Counted from the first letter of the stretch, positions 42,101 through 53,655 are shown. The stretch is DNA of 64,000 bases from Heterodontus francisci (GCF_036365525.1 NC_090378.1:124543593-124607592); one strand, 5' to 3'. Numbers and translations: made by a program. Notes: generated by a model not told the origin, from the letters alone.

Positions 42101-45100
42101 GATGGAGATCAGTTAGAGGAAGGGATGGAGATCAGTTAGAGGAAGGGATGGAGTTCCGTTAGAGGAAGGGATGGAGATCAGATAGAGGGAGGGATGGAGC
42201 TCAGATAGAGCGAGGGACGGAGATCAGATAGAGGGAGGGATGGAGATCAGATAGAGGGAGGGATGGAGATCAGATAGAGGGAGGGATGTAGCTCAGATAG
42301 AGGGGGGGATGTAGCTCAGATAGAGGGATGGATGGAGATTAGATAGAGGAAGGGATGGAGATCAGATGGAGGGAGGGATGGAGATCAGATAGAGGGAGGG
42401 ATGCAGCTCAGACAGAGGGAGGGATGGAGATCAGTTAGAGGAAGGGATGAGGATCAGATAGAGGGAGGGATGGAGCTCAGATAGAGGGAGGGATGGAGAT
42501 CAGATAGAGGGAGGAATGGAGATCAGTTCGAGGAAGGGATGGAGCTCAGTTAGAGGAAGGGATGGAGATCAGATAGAGGGAGGGATGGAGCTCAGATAGA
42601 GGGAGGGATGGAGATCAGATAGAGGGAGGGATGGAGATCAGACAGAGGGAGGGATGGAGATCAGATAGAGGGAGGGATGCAGCTCAGATAGAGGGATGGA
42701 TGGAGATTAGATAGAGGGAGGGATTTAGATCAGCTAGAGGGAGGGATGGATTTCAGATAGAGGAAGGGATGGATTTCAGATAGAGTGAGGGATGGATCAC
42801 AGATAGAGGGAGGGATGGAGATCAGATAGAGGGAGCTATAGAGATCAGATAGAGGGAGGGATGCAGCTCAGATAGAGGGATGGATGGAGATTAGATAGAG
42901 GAAGGGATGGAGATTAGATAGAGGAAGGGATGGAGATCAGATAGAGGGAGGGATGGAGATCAGATAGAGGGAGGGATGGAGATCAGATCCAGGAAGGGAT
43001 GCAGATCAGATAGAGGAAGGGATTTAGATCAGATAGAGGGAGGGATGGATTTCGGATAGAGGGAGGGATGGATCACAGATAGAGGGAGGGATGGAGAACC
43101 GATAGAGTGAGGGATGGAGAACCGATAGAGTGAGGGATGGAGTTCAGATAGAGTGAGGGTTGGATCACAGATAGAGGGAGGGATGGAGATCCGATAGAGG
43201 AATGAATGTAGCTCAGTTCAGGAGAGGGATAGAGATCAGATAGATGGAGGGATGGAGATCAGATAGAGGGAGGGATGGAGATCAGATAGAGTGAGGGATG
43301 GATCACAGATAGAGGGAGGAATGGAGATCCGATAGAGGGAGGGATGGAATTCAGATAGAGTGAGGGATGGATCACAGATAGAGGGAGGGATGGAGATCCG
43401 ATAGAGGGAGGGATGAAGTTCAGATAAAGGGAGGGATGGAGCTCAGAAAAAGGGAGGAATGGAGATCAACTTGAAGGAGTGATGGAGCTCAGATCGAGGG
43501 AGGAATGGTGGTCAGATAGAGGGAGGTATGGAGATCTGTTAGATGTAGTGATGGAGCTCAGGGAGGGTGAGGGATGGACATCAGTTTGAGTGAATGATGG
43601 AGATCAGATAGAGGTAGGGTTGAACCTCATATAGAGAGAGGGATGGAGATCAGATAGAGAGAGGGAGGGAGATCAGATAGAGGGAGAGATGGAGCTCAGA
43701 TAGAGGGAGGGATGGTGGTCTGATGGAGGGAGGGATGGAGCTCAGAAAAAGGGAGGTATGGTGTACAGATAGAGGGAGGGATGATCCTCAGTTAGAAGGA
43801 GCGATGGAGATCAGATAGAGGGAGGGATGGAAATGAGATGGAGGGAGGGATGGAGCTTAGATAGAGAGAGGGATAGAGATCAGATAGCGGGAGGGATGGA
43901 TTTAAGATAGAGGGAGGGAGGGATCTCTGACAGAGGGAGGGATGGAGATCGAATAGAGGGAGGGATGGAGCTCAGATAGAGGAAGGGATGGAGATCGGAT
44001 AGAGAGAGGGATGGAGATCAGATAGAGGGAGGGATGGATTTTATATAGCGTCAGGCATGAATCACAGATAGAGGGAGGGATGGAGATCAGATAGAGGGAG
44101 GGATGGATTTCAGATAGAGAGAGGGATGGAGATCTGATAGAGAGAGGGATTGAGATCAGATAGAGGGATTGATGGAGATCAGATAGAGGGAGTGATGGAG
44201 ATCAGATGGAGGGAGGGATGGAGATAGGATAGAGGGAGCGATGGATATCAGATGGAGGGAGGAATGGAGTTCAGATAGAGGGAGGGATGGATCACAGATA
44301 GAGGGAGGGATGGAGATCCGATAGAGGGAGGGAAGGAGTTCAGATAGAGGGAGGGATGGAGTTCAGATAGAGGGAGGGATGGAGTTCAGATAGAGGGAGG
44401 GATGGAGTTCAGATAGAGGGAGGGATATGTATCAGATAGAGGGATGGATGGAGATCAGATAGAGGGAGGGATGGATTTCTGATCGAGTGAGGGATGGATC
44501 ACAGATAGAGGGAGGGATGGAGATCCGATAGAGGGAGAGATGGAGTTCAGATAGAGTGCGGGATGGATCACAGATAGAGGGAGGGATGGAGATCCGATAG
44601 TGGGAGCGATGGAGTTCAGATAAAGGGAGGGATGGAGCTCTGAAAAAGGGAGGAATGGAGATCAGCTAAAGGGAGGGATGGAGCTCAGATAGAGGGAGGG
44701 ATGGAGGTCAGATAGAGGGAGGTATGGAGCTCCGATAGAGGGAGGTATGGAGCTCAGATAGAGGGAGGGATGGAGCTCAGATAGAGGGAGGGATGGATGT
44801 CGGATAGAGGGAGGGATGGAGATAAGATAGAGGGAGGTATGGAGATCAGATAGAGGGAGGGATGGAATTCAGATAGAAGGAGGAATGGGTCTCAGATAGA
44901 GGGAGGGATGGATCTCAGATAGAGGGAGGGATGTTGGGAGGGATCGAGGTCAGATAGAGGGAGTTTTGGATCTCAGATAGATGGAGGGATGGAGATCAGA
45001 TAGATGGAGGGATGGAATTCAGATAGAAGGAAGAATGGATCTCAGATAGAGGGAGGGATGTTGGGAGGGATCGAGGTCAGATAGAGGGAGGCATGGAGAT

Positions 45101-45567
45101 CTGATAGAGGGAGGGATGGAGATCTGATAGAGGGAGGGATGGAGGTAAGATAGAGGGAGGAAAGGAAATCAGATGGAGGGAAGTATCGAGATCAGATGGA
45201 GGGCGGGATGGAGATCCTATAGAGGGTGGAATGGAGATCGGATAGGGGTAGGGATGGAGATCAGATAGAGGGAGGGATAGAGATCAGATAGAGGTAGGAA
45301 TGGAGATCAGATAGAGGTAGGAATGGAGATCAGATAGAGGTAGGAATGGAGATCAGATAGAGGGAGTGATTGAGATCAGTTAGAGCTAGGGATGGAGCTC
45401 CGATAGAGGGAGGGATGGAGGTCAGATAGAGGGAGGAATGGAGATCAAATAGAGGGAGGGATGGAGCTCAGATAGAGGGAGGAATGGAGGTCAGATCGAG
45501 AGAGGGATGGAGATCAGATAGAGGGAGGGATGGAGCTCGCATATAGGGAGGGATGGAGTTCAGGGAG
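6141..45567. repeat. 23-bp G/purine-rich satellite, ~1700 copies (~39.4 kb), with higher-order structure
   Basis: Consensus AGATAGAGGGAGGGATGGAGATC (11 G, 8 A, 3 T, 1 C) in one orientation throughout. Common variants are GAGCTCAG, GAGATTAG, GAGTTTAG, GATCACAG and GATTTCAG. More degenerate toward the right edge. Confidence 0.98.
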
Positions 45568-45889
45568 GTGTGTATCTGAGAGGAAAGAGGATGTCCCTTC
45601 ACTAACCTAAACAGCTCCCTGCTCCCCCATCCTGCGGACGGACTCCACTACTACAGTTAGAAGATTTTCACCTTGTACTTTTGACTGATATGATGGATGG
45701 ACGGAGCCCTGGCTGGAGACTGCACTGAATGAATTCAAGGAAAATGTAATAATTAAATTAAAATCTCTGAGACTAGTCAGGGAGGGAGGGACAGTAACCA
45801 GTTCATGTTGACCAGGAGCCCGAGTGGAGAATTTGTGGTTCCAAACTGGACCTTCTGCAGCTTATCCTGGGTAACAGCTCAATCATTAT

Positions 45890-48811
45890 ATAATAACCAC
45901 CCGTCATTGACCTGGGCACCGGAAATGACAACAACAAACTCAGTCCTGTCGACCCTGCAAAGTCCTCCTTCCTAACATCTGGGGGCTTGTGCCAAAATTG
46001 GGAGAGCTGTCCCACAGACTAGTCAAGCAACAGCCTGACATAGATATACTCACGTAATCATACCTTGCAGACAATGTCCCAGACACTGCCATCACCATCC
46101 CCAGTTATGTCCTGTCCCACCGCCAGGACAGACCCAGCAGAGGTGGCCGCACAGTGGTATACTGTCGGGAGGGAGTTACTCTGGGTGTCCTCAACATTGA
46201 CTCCAGACACCTTGAAGTCTCATGGCATCAGTCAAACATGGGCAAGGTAACCTCCTGCTGATTAACACCTACTGCCCCCCTCAGCTGATGAATCAGTGCT
46301 CCTCCATGTTGAACAGCACTTGGAGGAGGCACTGAGGGTGGGAAGGGCTCAGAATGGGTGGGGGACTTCAATGTCCATCACCAAGAGTGGCTAGGTAGCT
46401 GCACTACTGACCGAGCTGGCCGAGTACTAAAGGACATAGCTGCTCGACTGGGTCTGCGGTAGGTGGTGTGGGAACCAACACGAGGGAAAAACATACTTGA
46501 CCTCGTCCTCACCAATCTGCCTGCCGCAGTTGCATCTGTCCATGACAGTATTGTTCAGAGTGACCACCGCACAATCCTTGTGGAGACGACGTCCCACCTT
46601 CACATTGAGGATACCCTCCATTGTGTTGTGTGGCACTATCACCGTGTTAAATGGGATCGATTTCGAACAGATCAAGCAATGTAAAACTGGGAATCCATGA
46701 GGCGTTGTGGGCCATCAGCAGCAGTAGAATTGTACTCAACCACAATCTGTAACCTCATGGCCCGGCATATCCCCACTCTACCATTACCATCAAGCCAGGA
46801 GACCAACCCTGGTTCAATGAAGAGTGCAGGAGGGCATGCCAGGAGCAGCACCAGGCATACCTCAAAATGAGCTGTCAACCTCGTGAAGGTACAACACAGG
46901 ACTATCTGCGTGCCAAACAGCGTAAGCAGCATACACTAGACAGAGCTAAGCGATCCCATAACCAACAGATCAGATCTAAGCTCTGCAGTCCGGCCACATT
47001 CAGTCGTGAATGGTGGTGGATAATTAAACAATTAACTGGAGGAGGTGGCTCCACAAATATCCCCATCCTCAATGATGGGGGAGCCCAGCACATCAGTGCG
47101 AAAAATAAGGCTGCAGCATTTGCAACAATCTACAGCCAAAAATGCTCAGTGGATGATCCATCTCGGCCTCCTCCTGAAGTCCCCAGCATTACAGATGCAA
47201 GTCTTCAGCCAATTTGATTGACTCCATGTGATATCAAGAAATGACTGAAGGCACTGGACACTGCAAAGGCTATGGGCCCTGATAACATTCCAACAACAGT
47301 ACTGAAGGCCTGTGCTCCAGAACTTGCCGCACCCCTAGCCAAGCTGTTCCAGTTCAGGTACAACACTGGCATCTATCCGGCAATGTGGAAAATTGCCCAG
47401 GTATGTCCAAAACACAAAAATCTGGACAAATCCAACCCGGCCACTTACAACCCCATCAGTCTACCCTCTATCATCGGTAAGGTGATGGAAGGTGTCATTG
47501 ACAGTGCTATCGAGAGGCACTTGTTTAGCAATAGCCTGATCAGTGACGCTCAGTTTGGGTTCCACCAGGACCACTCAGCTCCTGACCTCATTACAGCCTT
47601 GGTTCAAACATGGGCAAAAGAGCTGAACTAAAGAGCTGAGGTGAGAGTGACTGCCCTTGACATCAAGGCAGCAATTGACAGAATATGGAATCAAAGAGCC
47701 CTAGCAAAACTGGAGTCAATGGGAATCGGGGGAAAACTCTTCGCTGGTTGGAGTCATACGTAGCGCAAAGGAAGATGGTTGTGGTTGTTGGAGGTCAATC
47801 ATCTCAGCTCCAGAACATCACTGCAGGAGTTCCATTGGGTAGTGTCCTAGGCCCAACCATCTTCAGCTGTTTCATCAATGACCTTCCTTCACTATAAGGT
47901 CAGAAGTGGGGATGCTCGCTGACGATTGCACAATGTTCAGCACCATTCGTGACTCCTCAGATACTGAAGCAGTCCGTGTAGAAATGCAGCAAGACCTGGA
48001 CAATACCTGGCTTGGGCTGATAAGTGGCAAGTAACATTCGTGCCACACAAGTGCCAGGCAATGACCATCTCCAACAAGTAAGAATCTAAATATCTCCCCT
48101 TGACATTCAATGGCATTACAATTGCTGAATGCTCCACGATCAACATCCTGGGGGTTACCATTGAGCAGAAACTGAACTGGAGTAGCCATATAAATACCGT
48201 GGCTACAAGAGCAGGTCAGAGGCTAGGAATCCTGAGGCGAGTAACTCACATCCTGACTCCCCAAAGCCTGTCCACCATCTACAAGGCACAAGTCAGGAGT
48301 GTGATGGAATACTCCCCACTTGCCTGGATGGGTACAGCTCCAACAACACTCAAGAAGCTCGATACCATCCAGGACAAAGCAGCCTGCTTGATTGGCACCC
48401 CATCCACAAACATTCACTCCCTCCACAAGAGACCTACAATGGCAGCAGTGTGTACCATCTACAAGATGTACTGCAGTAAGACACCAAGCCTCCTTAGGCA
48501 ACACCTTCCAAACCTGTGACATCTACCACCTAGATGGACAAGGGCAGCAGATGCATGGGAACACGACCACCTGCAAGTTCCCCTCCAAGTCACACACCAT
48601 CCTGACTTGGAACTATGTTGCCCTTTCTTCGCTGTCACTGGGTCAAAATCCTGGAACTCCCTTCCTAACAGCCCTGTGGGTGTACCTACCTCACATGGAC
48701 TGCAACGGTTCAAGAAGGCAGCTCACCACAACCTGCTCAAGGGCAATTAGGGATGGGCAATAAATGCTGGACTAGCCAGCAATGCCCAGATCCCAAGAAT
48801 GAATTAAAAAA
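45890..48811 (+). mobile_element. Non-LTR retrotransposon (CR1/L2/Jockey-group LINE), near-complete APE+RT ORF, inactivated
   Basis: APE motifs NIWGL..K, QQPDI, RGG, GDFNVHH..W, PTRGKNILDLVLTN and SDH. RT motifs GPDNIP, YNPISL.SIIGKVME, QFGF, LDIKAA.DR.W, GVP.GSVLGP..F..FINDL and LADD (47915-47926), then LGV..LNW..HI and RSVMEY. Multiple stops and frameshifts (47217, 47631). Ends in ...AGAATGAATTAAAAAA. The 5' boundary is approximate. Confidence 0.93.
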
Positions 48812-49425
48812 CACACGTACAGGAGCTGACACAGTCTCTGTCTCTCGCTGTCCATCTCACTCCCTCTCTCTCTCTCTCAATCTCTATCCCGTCTTCTACC
48901 TCTGAAGGTGTTCTATGGGTGTGAGTGTTTAATATAAGGTGGTGTTTGTCAGTATATTTTCACTGCTGTATGGTTTATGAACATGGTGGGAGGGGATTAG
49001 GGATCTGTTCTTCGATGTGAGGCAGTGATGTCTGTCCCAGTGACTCAGACTGCGATGCTGTTGTTTTCTGTGACTGACACTATGATATCGATTGTAATTT
49101 CACTCAGTGTGACAGGAGGTTACATTGCTTGATCAGTGGTGAGGGCGGAGCAGACTGAACAAGGAGCTGTAATCATCAGTCACTGCCGAACACCTTCACA
49201 CACACCGCACAGTCCGGAAACTTCTTCACTAAATATTCTTTCAGCTCCTTAATTACAGCCCTGGATCTGAAAAGGGAAAAAGAGAAAGACATCTTTTAGA
49301 GAGGGTCCTGGACACAATGTAGACTGTGCATTACCCACTAATGACACTACCTCCATATTTAACTCATTGTTTAAACTCCAGCACACCTCCTGTTCCAATC
49401 CACATGTTTCAGCCAAAGAGCCGTA

Positions 49426-49478
49426 TAATTCTACAGCACAGGAGGAGGCCGTTCAGCCCCTCATCTCTCTGCCAGCTG
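49426..49478 (-). mobile_element. CR1-type LINE/SINE 3' tail fragment
   Basis: TACAGCACAGGAGGAGGCCGTTCAGCCC is the reverse complement of the conserved GGGCCGAATGGCCTCCTTCTGTGCTGTA-type tail. The same motif recurs at ~50681. Confidence 0.6.
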
Positions 49479-49559
49479 TTTGCTCGAGTAATTCACAACT
49501 AACATCTCAGTTTAATATCTGTTGTCGGGAAGTTATTTGTATCTGTTATTTGGGACAGA

Positions 49560-49977
49560 ATGAGTGACAAATATAAACTGATCAGAGAGAGTCAGCACGG
49601 ATTTAAAAAGGGTGAAACATTATTAACTAACCGAGTTGTATTTTTTGAAGAGGTCACTAATGTGGTCGATAAGGGAATGTCTATGGATGTTATTTACATG
49701 GATTTCCAGAAGGCATTTGAGAAGGTTCCACACAAGAGACTGTTCGCAAAATAGAAGCATATGGAATGTGAGGAAATGTTTTGATATGGGTAAGGAATTG
49801 GTTAGGAGGCAGGAGACAGAGAGTAGGGATAATGTGTATTTACTCCAGTTAGCAAGATGTGAATAGTGGTGTCCCCAGGGATCTGTGCTGGAGCCTCAAC
49901 TTTTCACTATATTGATCAATGACTTGGATGAAGTAACAGAGAGCAATCTATCCATGGTTGCTGATGACACTAAGTTC
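49560..49977 (+). mobile_element. CR1 LINE reverse-transcriptase fragment, degenerate
   Basis: LIRESQHGFKKGETLLTN..FFEEVT..VDKG..MDVIYMDFQKAFEKVPHKRL, then WL..RRQRV, SGVP.GSVL.P.LF.I.INDLD and VADDTK across frameshifts. This is a classic CR1 RT. Confidence 0.9.
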
Positions 49978-49984
49978 AGCAGCT

Positions 49985-50340
49985 TGGAGGAGGTTGCAGA
50001 GATAGGGAGGGTCGAGGCCGGGGAGTGATTTGAGAACAAGAATGTGAATTTTCAAATGGAGAAGTTGCCGGACAGGGAGTCAATGTCGGTCATTGAGCAC
50101 AGTGGGTGCTGTGTGAATGGGACATGGTCAGGGTTAGGACACAGGCAGCAGAATTTTGGATGAGCTCTGGTTTACAGAGGGTGTGTGTTTGATACTGACC
50201 AGGAGAGCATTGGAACAGTCAAATCTAGAGGTAAAAAGGCATGGATGAGGGTTTCAGCAGCAGATGATCTGAGTCAGGGTGGACTCAGGCATGGTTACAG
50301 AGATGGAAATAGTTGGTCTTAGTAATGGAGTGGATTATGT
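49985..50340 (-). mobile_element. L2-clade LINE fragment (C-terminal ORF2)
   Basis: Minus-strand translation gives ITKTNYFHLCN...SSAAETLIHAF..SRFDCSNALL...LIQNSAACVLT...DFKILILV-like and SLQP segments, the L2 post-RT motif series. Confidence 0.75.
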
Positions 50341-50517
50341 TGGAGAGATCGAGAGAAACTCTTTCCTCTGGTGGGGGAGTCAAGAGTATTCAGAGAATTC
50401 ACCAAACAATCAGCTTTGATCTTCCCAATGTGTTTCCCAGTGAGACTGGGTCCTCAGTGCTGACTGCTCTTAGCTGCTGTTATTTTCACTGATTGGACGG
50501 TTATTATTAGAGACTCA

Positions 50518-50663
50518 GACCACAGCAGAAATCCCCAATGTAAAAAATAACTGCAAAGACTGTCAGTTCGGAAGATTGAAACTTAACCAACAGAGGAAGT
50601 GAAAGGAGGAGCTCGGAGCAGCTGGACGTTTGTTAATGACACGGGAGAAAACTGTGAACCGCA
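50518..50663. promoter_or_regulatory. Candidate B-cell enhancer motif cluster
   Basis: RUNX-type GACCACA (50518) and AACCGCA (50657), kB-like AGAAATCCCC (50527-50536), Ets-IRF composite GAGGAAGTGAAA (50593-50604) and E-box CAGCTG (50619-50624). All lie in non-repeat-looking DNA ~3.1 kb upstream of the V leader. Confidence 0.4.
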
Positions 50664-50675
50664 CACGCTACCTAG

Positions 50676-50808
50676 AATCTTACAGCACAGAAGGAGGCCA
50701 TTCAGCCCATCCTCCCTGTGAGTTACCCAATTCCTCCCACTGCCCCTCTCTCGCCCCATAACCCAGAAAATCTTTCCTTTTCAGGTATATCTCCAATTCC
50801 CTCTTGTA
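50676..50808 (-). mobile_element. CR1-type LINE 3' end fragment
   Basis: TTACAGCACAGAAGGAGGCCATTCAGCCCA tail plus upstream KRELEIYLKRKDFLGYG.R.G.W, the end of a CR1 ORF2 on the minus strand. Confidence 0.8.
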
Positions 50809-51106
50809 GACCTGGGCCCACAGCACGAGACTGCCCCTAACCTGGGCTCGAAATTGGTACCGCATTCATTCATTGGAAGACAAAATGCCTGGTTTGGGAA
50901 ATGGAGCTCAGGACTCCGAACATTCTCTCTCCCCTCCTGAGGGACACTTCATGCTGGGGTAACAGTTCCATGGGCCCTGACAGCACATTCCTACCCCATC
51001 CACTTCCCCATTCTGTGTGTACAAGTGTGGACCCTGTCACCAGGATATTTGACTACAGGGACCATCACCACTGCATCCAATTCTGTCCCCACCTGAAATC
51101 CACACA

Positions 51107-51738
51107 CAACGTGCATTTATAGAGCAGTGTTAATATACAAACAGTCACAAGATGATTCACAGAGCCGCAGTAGGAGGAACGGGGAGGGGGTGAGGGGTCT
51201 TTAGGAACAGTGATCAAAGGCTTGGGTGAAAGGATGGAGTTTGATGGAGCAGAGAGAGACCCGAAGAGGGGGGAGGGATTAATAGCGGGGTGTTCAGAGA
51301 GCAGGGCCGAGGCATCTGAAGACCCTGCTGTCAATGGTGGGATGAAGGAAGCAGCGATGGGCAGGAGAGCAGACTCAGAAGATGGAAGAGCGAGGGAGGG
51401 AATGTGAGTATGCTGGAGGAGGCAGAGGTAGGGAGGAGTGAGGCTATGGAGGGAAACAGAGGTCATTGAGATCATGAGTAACAGGGTCAGTGAGGTCAGG
51501 GATAGTGATGGTGTGAGACAGGGTATGGACGACTGCATTTCAGACATGTTGGAGTTTATGGAGCGTGGATGAAGGAAGCCGCAAGAGGACATAAGAATAA
51601 ACCAGTCAGGAGGCGAGACAAGCAGGGATAAGGGTTTGTGTGGTCAAGAGGCTGACGTAGTGTAGAGACGGGCAATGTTGTGGAGATGGAAAAAACAGGC
51701 TGAAATGATGGAGAGGATGTGGAGCTTGAAGCTCAGCT
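51107..51738 (-). mobile_element. Old L2-clade LINE 3' fragment
   Basis: CAACGTGCATTTATAGAGC resembles the L2 3' terminus. Collinear similarity to 49985-50340 (GAGGTAGGGAGGAGTGAGGCTATGGAGGGA; GGCAATGTTGTGGAGATGGAAA...GAAGCTCAGCT). Confidence 0.6.
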
Positions 51739-51746
51739 ACTGGATG

Positions 51747-52446
51747 TCCAGTGGGACGGAGGCCCATGTTTACTGGTCCCTATTGGAGGTCCAGTGGGAC
51801 GGAGGCCCATGTTTACTGGTCCCTATTGGAGGTCCAGTGGGACGGAGCCCCATGTTTACTGGTCCCTACCAGAGATTCCAGTGGGACGGAGGCCCATGTT
51901 TACTGGTCCCTATTGGAGGTCCAGTGGGAAGGAGGCCTATGTTTCCTGGTCCCTATTGGAAGTCCAGTGGGAAGGAGGCCCATGTTTACTGGTCCCTACT
52001 GGAGGTCCAGTGGGAAGGAGGCCCATGTTTACTGGTCCCTATTGGAAGTCCAGTGGGAAGGAGGCCCATGTTTACTGGACCCTATTGGAAGTCCAGTGGG
52101 AAGGAGGCCCATGTTTATTGGTCCCTTTTGGAGGTCCAGTGGGGAGGAGGTGCATGTTTACTGGTCCCTATTGGAGGTCCAGTGGGAAGGGGGCCCATGT
52201 TTACTGGTCCCTATTGGAGGTCCAGTGGGAAGGAGGCCTATGTTTACTAGTCTCTACCAGAGAATCCAGTGGGAAGGAGGCCCATGTTTACTGGTCCCTT
52301 TTGGAGGTCCAGTGGGGAGGAGGCCCATCTTTACTGGTCCCTATTGGAGGGTCCAGTGGGAAGGAGGCCCATGTTTACTGGTCCCTATTGGAGGTCCAGT
52401 GGGTAGGAGGCCCATGTTTACTGGTCCCTATTGGAGGTCCAGTGGA
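51747..52446. repeat. 43-bp minisatellite, ~16 copies
   Basis: Unit TCCAGTGGGAAGGAGGCCCATGTTTACTGGTCCCTATTGGAGG. TCCA starts at 51747 and 51790 give the period. Confidence 0.95.
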
Positions 52447-53059
52447 ACATGGACACCACGGTTGATGTGGAGGACAGCTCCTTCATGTTGTAAATATGTG
52501 ACTATCCGTCCCTCATCCCAGTAAAACTCCATGATGTGCAGCCTGACCATGGAAGGGGATGGAGAGGGGACGGGATTAGAACATGTTATGAGCTGACAGG
52601 ATGGGGCAGTGGGTCAGACCCTGTCCTGTCCCTCCAGCTCACGCTGATGGGGTGAGGATCTCCTCTCTCTGCTGGGCTTTCACGAAATGAACTTTCTGTA
52701 CAAACCAGTCCCAGTGAGAATAGACCAACAGCACAGAACTGCCCTAAATTTCACAATAATCTGCCAGTTTTACCGAGAGAGGCCAAAGCATGGTCACTGT
52801 GAGGAATGGGGCCTTACTCCAGGAGAAGGCATGCTTCTGGGGTCAAGGGTTAACATACACTGGTGGGGCAGAGCAGAGGAAGTTTGACCCTTCATTTAAC
52901 TGTGCTCCACCTGGGAGACTGTGGGAAAGAGAGGACGATGTGGAGGCTGTGAGACAGAGAGAGATAGAGAGGGAGGCATTTAACTGCTGCACCAGGCCTC
53001 AAAGTGTTCCAGTCTCCAGTAATAACTCCTGTTATAGAGATCAGATACAGAATTACAGA

Positions 53060-53560
53060 ACAATGGAGGGTGGGAGAGAGAGATGAGTAGGCACAGAGAC
53101 AAAGACAGAGAGAGGGAAAGAGAGAGAGAGAGAGAGACAGGGAAAGAGGGAGGGAGACAGGGAGAGAAGGAGAGAGCAAAACAGGGAGAGTGAGATTGGC
53201 AGAACAAGACAGAGAGAGAGAGATGAGTAGGCAGAGAGACAAAGACAGAGAGAGAGAGAGATACAGAAAGAGAATGAGAGAGAGAGAGGGGGAACAGAGA
53301 GTGGGGAGAGAGAGAGACAGTAAGAGATAGGGATGGAGAGATGCAGAAAAAGGAAGAAAGAGATGGGGAAAGAGAGAGAGAGACAAGGAGAGTGAGAGAG
53401 GGGGAGTGAGAAGGATTGCAGGAATGTGGGCGAGAGAGAGACTGAGCCAGTGAGAGGGAGAGGGAGAAAGAGGGATGGGGATAGAAGGAGAGGGGCAGAG
53501 AGAGAGAGGGGGTGAGAAAGAGTGGGAGGGAGGTAGTGAGGGAAACAGAATGAGAGAAGA
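53060..53560. repeat. (GA)-rich low-complexity polypurine tract
   Basis: Imperfect (GA)n with an internal duplication GAGAGAGATGAGTAGGCA(C/G)AGAGACAAAGACAGAG (~53076 and ~53216). Confidence 0.9.
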
Positions 53561-53655
53561 GGAAGTGAGAGTTGCTGACGTGCCTTTCTCTGGGTGATGC
53601 CATTTACATACTGAGAAACAGGCAGTCAGACTCTCACAGGCTGCAGCTTTATAAA
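53559..53655 (+). promoter_or_regulatory. Ig light-chain V promoter
   Basis: PU.1-like GAGGAAGTG (53559), CRE-like TGACGT (53576), octamer variant ATTTACAT (53602-53609; canonical ATTTGCAT) and TATAAA (53650-53655), ~65 nt before the ATG. Confidence 0.75.

Noticed and set aside
48941-48967. J-type RSS-like GGTGTTTGT-11-CACTGCT
   Set aside because: The spacer is 11 bp, the heptamer lacks the essential CAC on the reading strand, and no J coding motif (FGxG) follows.
50521-50548. Cryptic 12-RSS CACAGCA-12-GTAAAAAAT
   Set aside because: Weak matches and no V-like coding sequence upstream. It overlaps better-supported transcription-factor motifs.
51675-52524. Three overlapping plus-strand ORFs of 191-257 aa
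   Set aside because: The 43-bp unit has no plus-strand stop triplet, so all frames stay open. The peptides are cyclic permutations of the repeat.
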